Positions 1 through 9,060 are shown, numbered from the stretch's first letter. The stretch: DNA of 64,000 nt from Candidatus Poribacteria bacterium (GCA_012270795.1 JAAXHO010000059.1:3375-67374); one strand, 5' to 3'. Notes: generated by a model not told the origin, from the sequence alone. Numbers and translations are program-made.

Positions 1-147
1 TGGGAAACAACACTTGACACACTAAAGACGATGGAATTTTCAGGACCCGTCAGTTTTCATAGTGAATATAGCGGTGAACCGGTGGAAAGTGTGATTGATC
101 TGGCGCGTGTTGATGTGCGATTTATTAGAAGTTTGATGAATAAATAA
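1..147 (+). CDS. 3' end of a sugar phosphate isomerase/epimerase-like gene (partial; start lies outside the window)
   Basis: Frame 1 is open from the window edge to TAA at 145-147. Its C-terminal peptide resembles that of the next gene. Confidence 0.35.
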   Translation, partial: WETTLDTLKTMEFSGPVSFHSEYSGEPVESVIDLARVDVRFIRSLMNK

Positions 148-156
148 GGAGATAGC

Positions 157-969
157 ATGGGACAATTTCAGTTTGGGTTGAATACAAGTACGATCCGTCC
201 TGCTACTTTAATGGATAAGATTCGGATTGCCGGAGAGACAGGTTATACAGCGATTGAGTTGTGGAATAACGATCTGTCTGAATATGAGGAACAGGGGGGT
301 TCACTGTCTGATGTGAAAAAAGCGTTGGATGATCATGGACTTTCAGTGCCTACCGTTATTGCCTTGCACGGATGGCTGAACGTGACTGGTGCAGAACTTG
401 AGAAAGCGATAGAGGATGCAAAAAAACGGATGGCACAAGCCGCTGTTGTCGGTGCGACCTATATCATCTCAAGTCCACCGCGTGAAGTTGCCGACCTGCA
501 ATTAGGTGGTGAAAACTACAGGAAACTGCTTGAATTAGGTCGTGAGTTTGGTGTTAAACCTGCTATGGAATTCCTTGGGTTTGTTGATGGTGTTAATCAG
601 GTGAAACATGCATGGGAAGTTATAGAGGTTGCCGATCATCCGAATAGCACAATTGTTCTTGACCCGTTCCATATTTATCGGGGTGGCGGAGAAATAACAG
701 ATATGGAGGGCATCCCTGGCGAAAAAATTGCTGTGTTCCACTTCAACGATGCGCCTGCTGAACCTGCACGTGCTGAACAGACTGATGCTGATCGGGTTTA
801 TCCGGGTGATGGTATCCTTGATCTGAAGCGGATGATCTCTATTTTGAAAGATGCTGATTATTCGGGTGTTATATCGTTAGAGTTGTTCAATCCGAGTTAT
901 TGGGAGGCAGACCCTGCAGAGGTTGCGCGGATTGGTTTGGAAAAGATGCGGGTTATTGTGGAATCGTAA
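157..969 (+). CDS. sugar phosphate isomerase/epimerase (xylose isomerase-like TIM barrel)
   Basis: 270 aa ORF whose composition is typical of AP endonuclease 2 / xylose-isomerase-like TIM barrel proteins. An RBS-like AGGAG lies upstream. Confidence 0.75.
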   Translation: MGQFQFGLNTSTIRPATLMDKIRIAGETGYTAIELWNNDLSEYEEQGGSLSDVKKALDDHGLSVPTVIALHGWLNVTGAELEKAIEDAKKRMAQAAVVGATYIISSPPREVADLQLGGENYRKLLELGREFGVKPAMEFLGFVDGVNQVKHAWEVIEVADHPNSTIVLDPFHIYRGGGEITDMEGIPGEKIAVFHFNDAPAEPARAEQTDADRVYPGDGILDLKRMISILKDADYSGVISLELFNPSYWEADPAEVARIGLEKMRVIVES

Positions 970-991
970 AAATGTAATAAGGAGGCAACAA

Positions 992-1138
992 TTGCTAGAC
1001 GGACAAAAAACGATTAAAGATTTATTTGATGGAAGTAGGATTTTTAACATCCCAAAATATCAGCGTGCTTATGCTTGGGAAAAAGAACAACTTGATGCTT
1101 TTGTTGATGATATAGAGAATCAAAAGCGAAGACAATAA
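992..1138 (+). pseudogene. N-terminal fragment of a DUF262 (ParB-like/GmrSD/SspE N-domain) protein, truncated after about 49 aa
   Basis: Peptide DGQKTIKDLF...IPKYQRAYAWEKEQLDAFVDDIE matches the DUF262 start signature. An AGGAGG RBS precedes a TTG at 992. The ORF stops after 49 codons although DUF262 proteins are normally over 300 aa. Confidence 0.5.
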
Positions 1139-1172
1139 CCTGTACATATTTACGCATAAAGAGGATTATGAA

Positions 1173-1406
1173 ATGACTAACGAACATCCCTATACTATTG
1201 AACCATTTAGAATAAACCCAAGCAATATTAATCCTGAAGATGCAGAAAACATTAGGCAGACGATATTGAAACATGCAAATGGTGTTAAAAAAGGCGAAAC
1301 TGAGATGGAAATATTCAAAGTATTCGCATCAAAGTTAGAACATGTCTTTGGAGCAAAATATCTATGTTTAATTGTCCATCGGAGGAACTCAATTATTGGA
1401 CACTAA
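1173..1406 (+). CDS. hypothetical protein (77 aa), possibly a gene remnant
   Basis: ORF preceded by GAGGA. No recognisable domain. Confidence 0.25.
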   Translation: MTNEHPYTIEPFRINPSNINPEDAENIRQTILKHANGVKKGETEMEIFKVFASKLEHVFGAKYLCLIVHRRNSIIGH

Positions 1407-1511
1407 TCCTTCCGAAAGATGGTAATTTTGATGCCACGCCTGCAAAGATTTCTGTGTCTTTTCATATCAAACGCGTTAAAAGCCTGTAATTCATCCGATT
1501 AAGGAACTATT

Positions 1512-1763
1512 ATGTATCGCTTTCTCCCTGGGATTGCTCGACCTAAAGACACGGACTTTCTACGGAGATATATGAGTTTTGAGAAATTTGTCAGTCTTTT
1601 GGGTACAAAGAGTTTATTCTTTACAAGAGCCGATAAGTTTGAAGATCCTTTTGAAGGTTTTATGCCTCCATCAGTGAAATCTATTTACGAAAGCGAAGTG
1701 GACAACAAGGTGCCATTTCAGAGTTCTAACCCCCTAAATCCCCTTATCAGGGAGACTTTTTAG
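1512..1763 (+). pseudogene. short ORF with a DUF2971-like N-terminal motif (FTRADKFEDPFEG); likely a truncated remnant
   Basis: 83 aa ORF ending inside a partial copy of repeat family E at 1728-1790. The motif resemblance is from memory only. Confidence 0.25.
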
Positions 1764-1840
1764 AGGAAATGCGTAAGTCATATTTTATGAATCAATACGT
1801 TAACAATTGTTTTGGACACAATTATTGGAGGTGCATTTCA

Positions 1841-2305
1841 ATGAAATTACACGATAGAAAACACAAAATGTGTGTATTGACTGTTTACTTTTTGGCTATC
1901 CTCGCCTTCTCTTCCTGCGCTAAATGGGAAGGTGAACCACTTTACCAAGATGATACACTTGACTTGTTTGAAACATTTTTCCGCTATAAATTTGAAAATA
2001 ATCCTTCTGGAGCGAAAAAGAATGCCGCTGCATATTTCTTACAGATTGAGAAAAAAGACCCTTCTCCAAAATTTCTTGCACGGTTTAAAGGACACACGCC
2101 ACCGATAAAAAAGGGTTCGGAATTTGTAATGGGAAAAGGGCTTCTATTCCGAATTGATGGTTATAAACAGGTTGATAAAAATAGTGTTGAAATTCGTGGG
2201 GGATACTCAGAGGGCAACCTCAGTGCCTCTTGGGCTTCCTATACTTGGGTGAGAAAAAACGGAAAATGGGTACTGAAGTCTGTTGGACCAGTAGTAGTCG
2301 CGTAG
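1841..2305 (+). CDS. hypothetical lipoprotein
   Basis: Internal Met followed by a hydrophobic segment and a lipobox-like AFSSC (signal peptide plus Cys). Confidence 0.45.
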   Translation: MKLHDRKHKMCVLTVYFLAILAFSSCAKWEGEPLYQDDTLDLFETFFRYKFENNPSGAKKNAAAYFLQIEKKDPSPKFLARFKGHTPPIKKGSEFVMGKGLLFRIDGYKQVDKNSVEIRGGYSEGNLSASWASYTWVRKNGKWVLKSVGPVVVA

Positions 2306-2370
2306 AACAGTTCAGTGAAGAGACTTATCTTGGTCATCCACTAATCCTGTGAATCCTGGTTCAGACGATA

Positions 2371-3225
2371 ATGAAAACACTACTTGCTTATGTCCAACTT
2401 TCACGACCACTAAACGGAATCATTGCCTTTATATCTGCTGGGTTGGGAGGTGTGTTTGCATGTAGTTATGTATCTGAATCTGTTCGTGATGTTAAATTGC
2501 TGTATGTGTCAATAGCTGTGCTGCTACTACTATCTGCTGGCAATGCTATAAATGACTATTTTGACTATGAAATTGATCTCATCAACAAACCTAATCGTCC
2601 GCTACCGTCCGGGCGTATACCCCGTAAAAATGCCTTAGTCTTCACAGCTATTCTTATAGCAATTGGTATTGGACTTGGGGGGCTTATCAATATATATGCT
2701 GTTGGAATTGCGATTCTTGTGTCCGTTTTACTTGTGAGCTATGCGATATGGTTGAAACAAACTCCTTTGATAGGCAATTTGGTTGTGGGTAGTCTGACTG
2801 GCATAACATTTATTTCTGGGGGTGTAGCGGTAGAAACGGTGCATGGAACGGTAGTGCCTGCAGTTTTTGCATTTCTATTCACAACTGCCAGGGAAATCGT
2901 TAAAGACATTGAAGATATTGAAGGGGATCAAAAGCAGAATATCAGGACACTGGCAATCCTCAACACCCGTCTTGCTGTTATATTTTCGTTGAGTTTCATG
3001 GTAGCGGTTATCGTATTCAGTCCAGTTCCATATATCTTTGGATGGTATAGTTGGCACTATCTGGTAGCAATTGTGGGTGGAGTTGACTTGGTATTGATTT
3101 TGTTGGTGATAAAGCTTTATAATGATGCATCAAAACCCAGTTGTGCTTTCGTCCAACGATGTATGAAATGGGACATATTTGTTGGACTATTTGCTATCTA
3201 TATCGGCATGGTTTTTAAGATCTGA
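2371..3225 (+). CDS. UbiA-family prenyltransferase (DGGGP synthase-like)
   Basis: 284 aa polytopic membrane protein carrying the UbiA motif NAINDYFDYEIDLINKP plus a second Asp-rich box. Confidence 0.85.
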   Translation: MKTLLAYVQLSRPLNGIIAFISAGLGGVFACSYVSESVRDVKLLYVSIAVLLLLSAGNAINDYFDYEIDLINKPNRPLPSGRIPRKNALVFTAILIAIGIGLGGLINIYAVGIAILVSVLLVSYAIWLKQTPLIGNLVVGSLTGITFISGGVAVETVHGTVVPAVFAFLFTTAREIVKDIEDIEGDQKQNIRTLAILNTRLAVIFSLSFMVAVIVFSPVPYIFGWYSWHYLVAIVGGVDLVLILLVIKLYNDASKPSCAFVQRCMKWDIFVGLFAIYIGMVFKI

Positions 3226-3241
3226 TGGACGAGTGGAAACA

Positions 3242-3451
3242 ATAATGATACCAATTCAAATTAATATTGTCCCATTAAGGAATTTCACTTTTATCGCTGG
3301 TTGGAGATCTCTCTTCGGTAGGAGCGACCTCCCGGTCGCGACCCGGGTATGAATGCTATAGAGCATTCATACCGTTGATTTCTTGATTTGGAGGTCGCTC
3401 CTACCAGATCTCCACAACTAATGAGGCATTATCAATTAGAAATCGTATAAG
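3242..3451. mobile_element. family A MITE-like element whose palindrome core is itself interrupted by a family C fragment (nested insertion)
   Basis: The core half GGTAGGAGCGACCTCCCGGTCGCGACCC, then GGGTATGAATGCTATAGAGCATTCATACCGTTGATTTCTTGATTTGG, then AGGTCGCTCCTACC. Termini AATAATGATACCAATTC / TCAATTAGAAATCGTATAAG. Confidence 0.75.
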
Positions 3452-3481
3452 TAATTGTTGATCTAAGGTTTAGGAAGAAAA

Positions 3482-4738
3482 TTGATAAACTACGAAAAAG
3501 TAATCTCATTTTTAGAAAAAGTTGACCCGAATTCGGAGGAAGTTAAGGACTTTCTGCAATCTCATGATACCTACAAAAGAACAGGTAATTGGCAACCAGA
3601 ATATCAGATATTTACATCGGAATGGATCAGTCTTGACGGTGTTATGTTGATGATGACAGAGAATGAGTATGATGCTGACTATCGCGTCTATGTAAATGCT
3701 ACCACAGAACGAAGTTTAAGGGAATTGCTGCTTGCTTTTCCAAGACAAGTTGTTGGCTTGTTTCGTGTTACAGATAAATGGATTGAAGAGAAAATATTTA
3801 GCATTTTTGAAACTGAATCTGTACAGTTAGAATCCAAAGTGTATATTTGTGGTATCAAAAAAGGCAGTAAAGGTAAGTTAGAGCAACGAGTAGTCTCAAA
3901 AAGAAAAGACACGATCACTGCACATTACCGCAATTTAGCAACTATGAAAGGTAAGTTTGACAATTCGGCATTTATTGTTGAAGGTGAGTTGTTGGTTGAA
4001 CGTGCAGTAAAGGATGGACAACCTGTAAATTCAGTTCTTTATACCAGTAGTCTTGTTTCTACACTTGAAGGTAAAGAATTACTCAGTGAAATAATTCAGC
4101 AGAATATATCGTGTTATATGGTGAACGATGGTGTTATGGGTTCAATAACGACAATCCGTCCCGTGCCGTCTATTGTTGCTTCAGTACATCTCAGTTATCC
4201 CGATTTCTTATCTGAATCTGGTGAAATGAATTTCCATTTTAGCCCTCAATGCGTTTTACTAATTTCTGAAAATGTGAGTAATCCTGATAATCTCGGTATG
4301 ACCTTACGTACTGCGGATGCTGCAGGTGTTTCTGCAGTGCTATTATGTGGTGAAGGGGCGAGTCCATTACATAAGAATTGTGTTCGTGCATCACGTGGGG
4401 CGGTTGGTAGGTTACCGCTGTTTCATACAAGTAATATTGTTAAGACTATTGAAGAGTTGAAAGAATATGGATGGAATGTCATTGGTGCGACTGCTGGTGC
4501 AGACACGGATCTCTATAGTTTGAAAGCAAAATTGCCAATAGCAATTGTTGTTGGTAATGAACACGCTGGGTTATCAATTGAAATGCGTGAGCTGTGTACA
4601 GAATTGGTGCGAATTCCAATGGCTGCTGGGCAATCATCCCATAATGTAGGTGTTGCAGCGGGGGTGATGCTGTATGATTTTGTAAGACAAAAGTTAGCGA
4701 CTTCTGAAACAACCACAAGAGATGTCTGTGACAATTGA
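3482..4738 (+). CDS. SpoU/TrmH-family RNA 2'-O-methyltransferase with a long uncharacterised N-terminal domain
   Basis: The C-terminal 170 aa carry SpoU motifs (NVSNPDNLGMTLRTADAAGV; VVGNEHAGLS). The ORF starts at TTG. The N-terminal roughly 230 aa have no recognisable domain. Confidence 0.75.
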   Translation: MINYEKVISFLEKVDPNSEEVKDFLQSHDTYKRTGNWQPEYQIFTSEWISLDGVMLMMTENEYDADYRVYVNATTERSLRELLLAFPRQVVGLFRVTDKWIEEKIFSIFETESVQLESKVYICGIKKGSKGKLEQRVVSKRKDTITAHYRNLATMKGKFDNSAFIVEGELLVERAVKDGQPVNSVLYTSSLVSTLEGKELLSEIIQQNISCYMVNDGVMGSITTIRPVPSIVASVHLSYPDFLSESGEMNFHFSPQCVLLISENVSNPDNLGMTLRTADAAGVSAVLLCGEGASPLHKNCVRASRGAVGRLPLFHTSNIVKTIEELKEYGWNVIGATAGADTDLYSLKAKLPIAIVVGNEHAGLSIEMRELCTELVRIPMAAGQSSHNVGVAAGVMLYDFVRQKLATSETTTRDVCDN

Positions 4739-4757
4739 ACGACTCTGTAAAATATAC

Positions 4758-4888
4758 AGAGGCATTCAATTGTTGAAATGTACTCTTGTTGGAGGGGTTT
4801 CTAACCCCGATTTCTGCTGCTGTATATCTCCAATCGGGGTTAGAAACCCCTCCAACAACAATGAAACCCGACAATTGAATGCCTCTGG
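4758..4888. repeat. MITE-like hairpin element, family B: outer inverted repeat CAGAGGCATTCAATTGT flanking the inner 26 bp inverted repeat TTGTTGGAGGGGTTTCTAACCCCGAT
   Basis: Perfect 26 bp arms at 4787-4812 and 4834-4859 with a 21 nt loop. Outer arms at 4758-4774 and 4872-4888. Confidence 0.85.
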
Positions 4889-5017
4889 TAAAATATAACA
4901 TGAATTTGACAATTGTATCTGTTGGTGTTAAAATTATTAAGTTACAAAGAAATATATAGTTAGAAAGATGGTAAATGAATTAAAGGACTGTTTACACCAG
5001 AAAAGGAAACACTGCGT

Positions 5018-5764
5018 TTGGCAAAAAGTTGTATACTCAATTATCTACATGAGGTGCTCAATAAACAGAAAGCCGGTTATCTCGTGCTAATTGACCCTGA
5101 GGAATGTGATTTAGAAGCGTGTGCAAAACTTGCATGTGAAGTTGAACGTGCGGGGGCAGATGCACTTCTGCTTGGAGGGAGCTTGTTGACAAGAGACCTT
5201 CATCCAATCGCAGCATCCCTTAAGGAACAAACGTCACTACCCATCATACTTTTTCCTGGTGATTCCATGCATCTTACTCCTCATGCGGATGCTATTCTGT
5301 ATACGAGTTTGATAAGCGGTCGTAATCCGAACTACCTGATTGGGGAACAGGTGAAGGCAGCTCCTTGGATACAACGGTATGGGTTACAACCTATTCCAAC
5401 TGGTTATATACTGATAGATGGTGGGAATAGGACTGCTGTAGAGTTTATGAGTGGAACAGTCCCGATACCCAGGGACAAACCTGATATAGCAGGTCCGCAT
5501 GCATTAGCGGCACAATACCTGGGGATGCAGTTAGTCTATTTAGAAGCTGGCAGCGGTGCGAAACTTCCCGTTTCAAACGCCATGATATCAACTGTCAACG
5601 CTCAAATAGATATTCCAATTATTGTTGGTGGTGGTATACGGACACCGGAAATCGCTGCGGAAAAGGTAAACGCAGGTGCTGATTTTATTGTAACTGGGAA
5701 CATTATAGAAAGTAGTGGTTCCTTTGAACTTATGAAGCAGTTTGCAGATACTGTTCATGGATAA
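5018..5764 (+). CDS. geranylgeranylglyceryl/heptaprenylglyceryl phosphate synthase (GGGPS/PcrB family)
   Basis: 248 aa TIM-barrel protein with PcrB/GGGPS-like motifs (LVLIDPE...GGS..., GGGIRTPE). Confidence 0.8.
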   Translation: MAKSCILNYLHEVLNKQKAGYLVLIDPEECDLEACAKLACEVERAGADALLLGGSLLTRDLHPIAASLKEQTSLPIILFPGDSMHLTPHADAILYTSLISGRNPNYLIGEQVKAAPWIQRYGLQPIPTGYILIDGGNRTAVEFMSGTVPIPRDKPDIAGPHALAAQYLGMQLVYLEAGSGAKLPVSNAMISTVNAQIDIPIIVGGGIRTPEIAAEKVNAGADFIVTGNIIESSGSFELMKQFADTVHG

Positions 5765-5809
5765 GAAAGTACTTAGATTAAATTTTGACATGAAAAGAGG
5801 TATTTCATT

Positions 5810-6535
5810 GTGTCTGATAATAATGAAGTCGTCATTGAAATTGAGACAGATAAAGAAAAAATAGAAAAACCGGAATTTCTAATTGATGATTCTGAAGTTG
5901 AATCGGAAACAACTACAGAAACAGATGAACGGACGATTGAAACCGTTGAAGCAGAACTTGAAGCACTAAAAGAAGATTTCAAAAAACAACTTGAAGAGGT
6001 CGCTGAATCGGAACGGAAACAGTATGAAGAAGAACGTGAACGTTTACTCCGTACGGCAGCAGAAGCAGAAAATACAAAGAGACGTGTTGAAAGCGAAGCA
6101 CAAAAACAGTTCAAATACGCCAATAAGAATCTCATTGAAGGACTAATACCTGTGTTGGATAGTCTTGAGGCTGCCATCAAGAGTGTTGATCAAAAAGTTG
6201 AAACAGTCGAAGTTACCTCTGACATTACTACATTTAGAGATGGTGTAAAATTGGTTCAAAAACAGTTCTTGGATGTGCTCAAAATGCAGGGGTTGAGACA
6301 AATTGAATCTTCATCCGGAATATTTGACCCTAACAAACATGAAGCGGTCTTAGCAACTGAATCCGATGATGTCCCTGATGGTGAAATAATTGAAGAGTTT
6401 AGATGCGGCTATCAATTGCATGATCAAGTCGTACGGGCGGCACAAGTCGTGGTATCAAAAGGAAAAGCCGCGAAAGAAATCCCTATTGAAATTATTGATG
6501 ATCAGAAACAGGAAGACGCTACCGAAGAAGAATAA
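5810..6535 (+). CDS. grpE: nucleotide exchange factor GrpE
   Basis: GTG start preceded by AAAGAGG. Acidic coiled-coil N-terminus and the GrpE core motif (ANKNLIEGLIPVLDSLE). Confidence 0.9.
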   Translation: MSDNNEVVIEIETDKEKIEKPEFLIDDSEVESETTTETDERTIETVEAELEALKEDFKKQLEEVAESERKQYEEERERLLRTAAEAENTKRRVESEAQKQFKYANKNLIEGLIPVLDSLEAAIKSVDQKVETVEVTSDITTFRDGVKLVQKQFLDVLKMQGLRQIESSSGIFDPNKHEAVLATESDDVPDGEIIEEFRCGYQLHDQVVRAAQVVVSKGKAAKEIPIEIIDDQKQEDATEEE

Positions 6536-6567
6536 TATAATAAACTGTTACAATGGTAGGTAAATAG

Positions 6568-7686
6568 ATGGTGCAAAAACGAGATTACTATGAAATCTTA
6601 AATGTAAACCGAGATGCAGACGATAACGATATTAAAAAAGCTTATCGGAAATTAGCGATTAAATATCATCCGGACAAAAATCCTGATGATAAAGAAGCTG
6701 AAGAAAAGTTTAAAGAAGCAACCGAGGCGTATGATGTCCTCAAAACACCAGAGAAACGACAAAGGTACGATCAATATGGACATGCTGGTCTTGAAGGTGC
6801 AACTTCAAGCGGTTATGGTTATGGTATAGATTTTGACCAAATTATCAAAGAGGTATTCGGCGATGTCTTTGGTGGTTCTCGTAGAACGCGACACCAGAGA
6901 CCTCATCAGGGACGCAATCTACAGGCAAAAATTGAGATTTCGCTTGAGGATGCATACAATGGACGTGAAGTAACACTTGAAATCCCACGTATAGAATCCT
7001 GTCCTGAGTGTAGTGGTAGTGGTGCCGAAGCAGGGACAACAGTAGATACATGTCCTCAGTGCAATGGACGTGGACAAGTGACTCAATCTCAGGGCTTTTT
7101 CATGATGACTCGCACCTGTCCGCGTTGTCGGGGTGAAGGGCAGCTTATTTTAAACCCTTGCAGGAAATGCAATGGACAAGGCAGAATAAGAGTTGAACGA
7201 GAAATAAAAATGTCTGTTGACAAGGGTGTAGATAATGGATTTGAATATCGGATGCGTGGAGAAGGAGAGACAGGAACACTCGGTGGACCCCCTGGTGATC
7301 TCCTCGTAGGAGTATTCGTGAGACCTCACGACCAGTTTAAACGCGATGGCAACGATCTGATTACTACAACAAAAATATCGTTTGTTCAAGCTGCTCTTGG
7401 GTGTTCCATAGAAATTAACGGAATTGATGGTCGTCATGAGTTATCTATACCTGCAGGTACTCAGTTTGGGGATCTGCTCCGGATTCCAGGAAAAGGGATG
7501 CCGAGATATAGAAGTTCCAGTTTTGGTGATCTTATCGTTCAAGTTGGGATTGAAACACCACGGAATCTTAATGAAGAAGAACGGAATTTATTAGAACAAT
7601 TTTCAGGTCTACGAGGAGAATCTACTAAATCGGGGCATGGAAGTTTTTGGGACAAATTGTTTAACCCAAACGATCATGAAGAATAA
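6568..7686 (+). CDS. dnaJ: chaperone DnaJ
   Basis: J domain (HPDKN), G/F region, and four CxxCxGxG zinc-finger repeats. Confidence 0.95.
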   Translation: MVQKRDYYEILNVNRDADDNDIKKAYRKLAIKYHPDKNPDDKEAEEKFKEATEAYDVLKTPEKRQRYDQYGHAGLEGATSSGYGYGIDFDQIIKEVFGDVFGGSRRTRHQRPHQGRNLQAKIEISLEDAYNGREVTLEIPRIESCPECSGSGAEAGTTVDTCPQCNGRGQVTQSQGFFMMTRTCPRCRGEGQLILNPCRKCNGQGRIRVEREIKMSVDKGVDNGFEYRMRGEGETGTLGGPPGDLLVGVFVRPHDQFKRDGNDLITTTKISFVQAALGCSIEINGIDGRHELSIPAGTQFGDLLRIPGKGMPRYRSSSFGDLIVQVGIETPRNLNEEERNLLEQFSGLRGESTKSGHGSFWDKLFNPNDHEE

Positions 7687-7762
7687 ATATATTATATTCT
7701 GAGTTCCAGCGCGCTTACAAAACGCGCCTACCGTTGGATGTGTAAGTCCTACCACAATTACA

Positions 7763-8647
7763 ATGCATTGGGCACGTATTACGGTAACAACTACTGATCA
7801 AGCATCAGAAGCAGTTGCGAATTTTCTTTTTGAAATAGATGCTTTTGGTGTTGAACTAATAGACACTGACGATTCAACTACCAATCTTATTGCCTATTTT
7901 CCGCTTGATGACCGGGTTAACTCTCGAGTTCAGAAAATAAGGACTTTTCTCTCTAAACTTCCATTTTGGGGAATCCAAGCACAACCTGCGATAATAGATT
8001 TAAAGCGGGTTGAAGCAGAGGAATGGACAGAAGCATGGAAGTCAACTTTCTCGCCACAGCATATCGGAAAACGCCTACTTGTTACACCGACTTGGTATGA
8101 CATACCACCAGATGAAGAAACAATTGTTATAAGACTTGATCCGGGAATGGCGTTTGGCACTGGATACCATCCTACGACACGTCTAACATTAGAAATGTTG
8201 GAAAAAACGATTAAACCAAATCAACTTGTTGCAGATATTGGAACAGGTTCTGGTATTCTTGCGATTGCTGCTGTGAAGTTAGGGGCAAAAAGAGTTGATA
8301 CAACCGAACTTGATAATACTGCAATTCCCGTCGCGCAAACTAACCTTGAAATCAATGATGTAGCAGAACAAATTACCTTGTGTCAAGGTGATGGTCTTAA
8401 ACCTCTGTCTGAGAAATACGATGTTATAGTGGGTAATATATTAACCAAAGTAGTCCTGACAATTGTTCCAGACTGTCAATCACGGTTGCTTCCTGAAGGT
8501 CATGTAATTTTTTCAGGGATATTAGAGACAGAACTTGATGTAGTGCAGCAGTCATTAACAGAACACGGATTCCATATTGTTGAAGTTATACGGGAAGCGG
8601 ATGAAGGTGTTGTATGGGTTGCTATCTTAGCGCGGGTCCTTAGCTAA
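7763..8647 (+). CDS. prmA: ribosomal protein L11 methyltransferase
   Basis: PrmA-like architecture with the SAM-binding motif DIGTGSGILAIAA. Confidence 0.9.
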   Translation: MHWARITVTTTDQASEAVANFLFEIDAFGVELIDTDDSTTNLIAYFPLDDRVNSRVQKIRTFLSKLPFWGIQAQPAIIDLKRVEAEEWTEAWKSTFSPQHIGKRLLVTPTWYDIPPDEETIVIRLDPGMAFGTGYHPTTRLTLEMLEKTIKPNQLVADIGTGSGILAIAAVKLGAKRVDTTELDNTAIPVAQTNLEINDVAEQITLCQGDGLKPLSEKYDVIVGNILTKVVLTIVPDCQSRLLPEGHVIFSGILETELDVVQQSLTEHGFHIVEVIREADEGVVWVAILARVLS

Positions 8648-8884
8648 GCCGTGGCAAAGAGTACACCTGCCTAAGTTGAGATGTGGCATCGTGGGTGATT
8701 TCTCATCCCCTTTTAGATGGCATTTTAAGCATGCAGGTGCTTCTGTAGATTGCCGATGTTCTATAATGTTTGAACGGGCGGGGGCTGCGTTGAAGAAAAG
8801 AATAACCATCACTATTGCATATATCAGGCCAATTACACAGACTATATACATTAAGGTTTTGGGACTGGCTTGTTCGGTTGGCAT
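8627..8884 (-). CDS. small membrane-anchored diheme c-type cytochrome (85 aa)
   Basis: One TM helix followed by two CXXCH haem-binding motifs (CLKCH, CTLCH). Convergent with the prmA end, overlapping it by about 20 bp. Confidence 0.45.
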   Translation of the reverse strand: MPTEQASPKTLMYIVCVIGLIYAIVMVILFFNAAPARSNIIEHRQSTEAPACLKCHLKGDEKSPTMPHLNLGRCTLCHGLAKDPR

Positions 8885-9060
8885 AAAAGTATGAAATGAC
8901 TCCTAATATGATTTGTTTATTTTCGACTAATAGAATAACTTATTTATGTCTATTCTGCAACCTTAAATGTTATTTAAACAATTTTAGCATGCTTGAAAAA
9001 TAAGAGGGATTAACATATAATAAGTAATACTGCAAAAGAATGTATTTGGAGGAAGTTTGC

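Noticed and set aside
4787-4859. Possible CRISPR array formed by the recurring 26 bp TTGTTGGAGGGGTTTCTAACCCCGAT repeat (also at 41897, 42309, 63604)
   Set aside because: Copies occur as inverted pairs forming hairpins with 21-49 nt loops, not as direct repeats with unique spacers. Two loops are near-identical and no cas genes are present. The behaviour is that of MITE/REP-like elements.
4479-4901. 140 aa minus-strand ORF overlapping the SpoU gene end and the family B hairpin
   Set aside because: Antisense to a well-supported CDS and running through a repeat. No motifs.
5765-5809. CIRCE (HrcA operator) upstream of grpE
   Set aside because: No TTAGCACTC-N9-GAGTGCTAA-like inverted repeat is present in the 45 bp leader.
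5773-6180. 135 aa Ser-rich minus-strand ORF
   Set aside because: Antisense to the acidic coiled-coil region of grpE. Low-complexity shadow.
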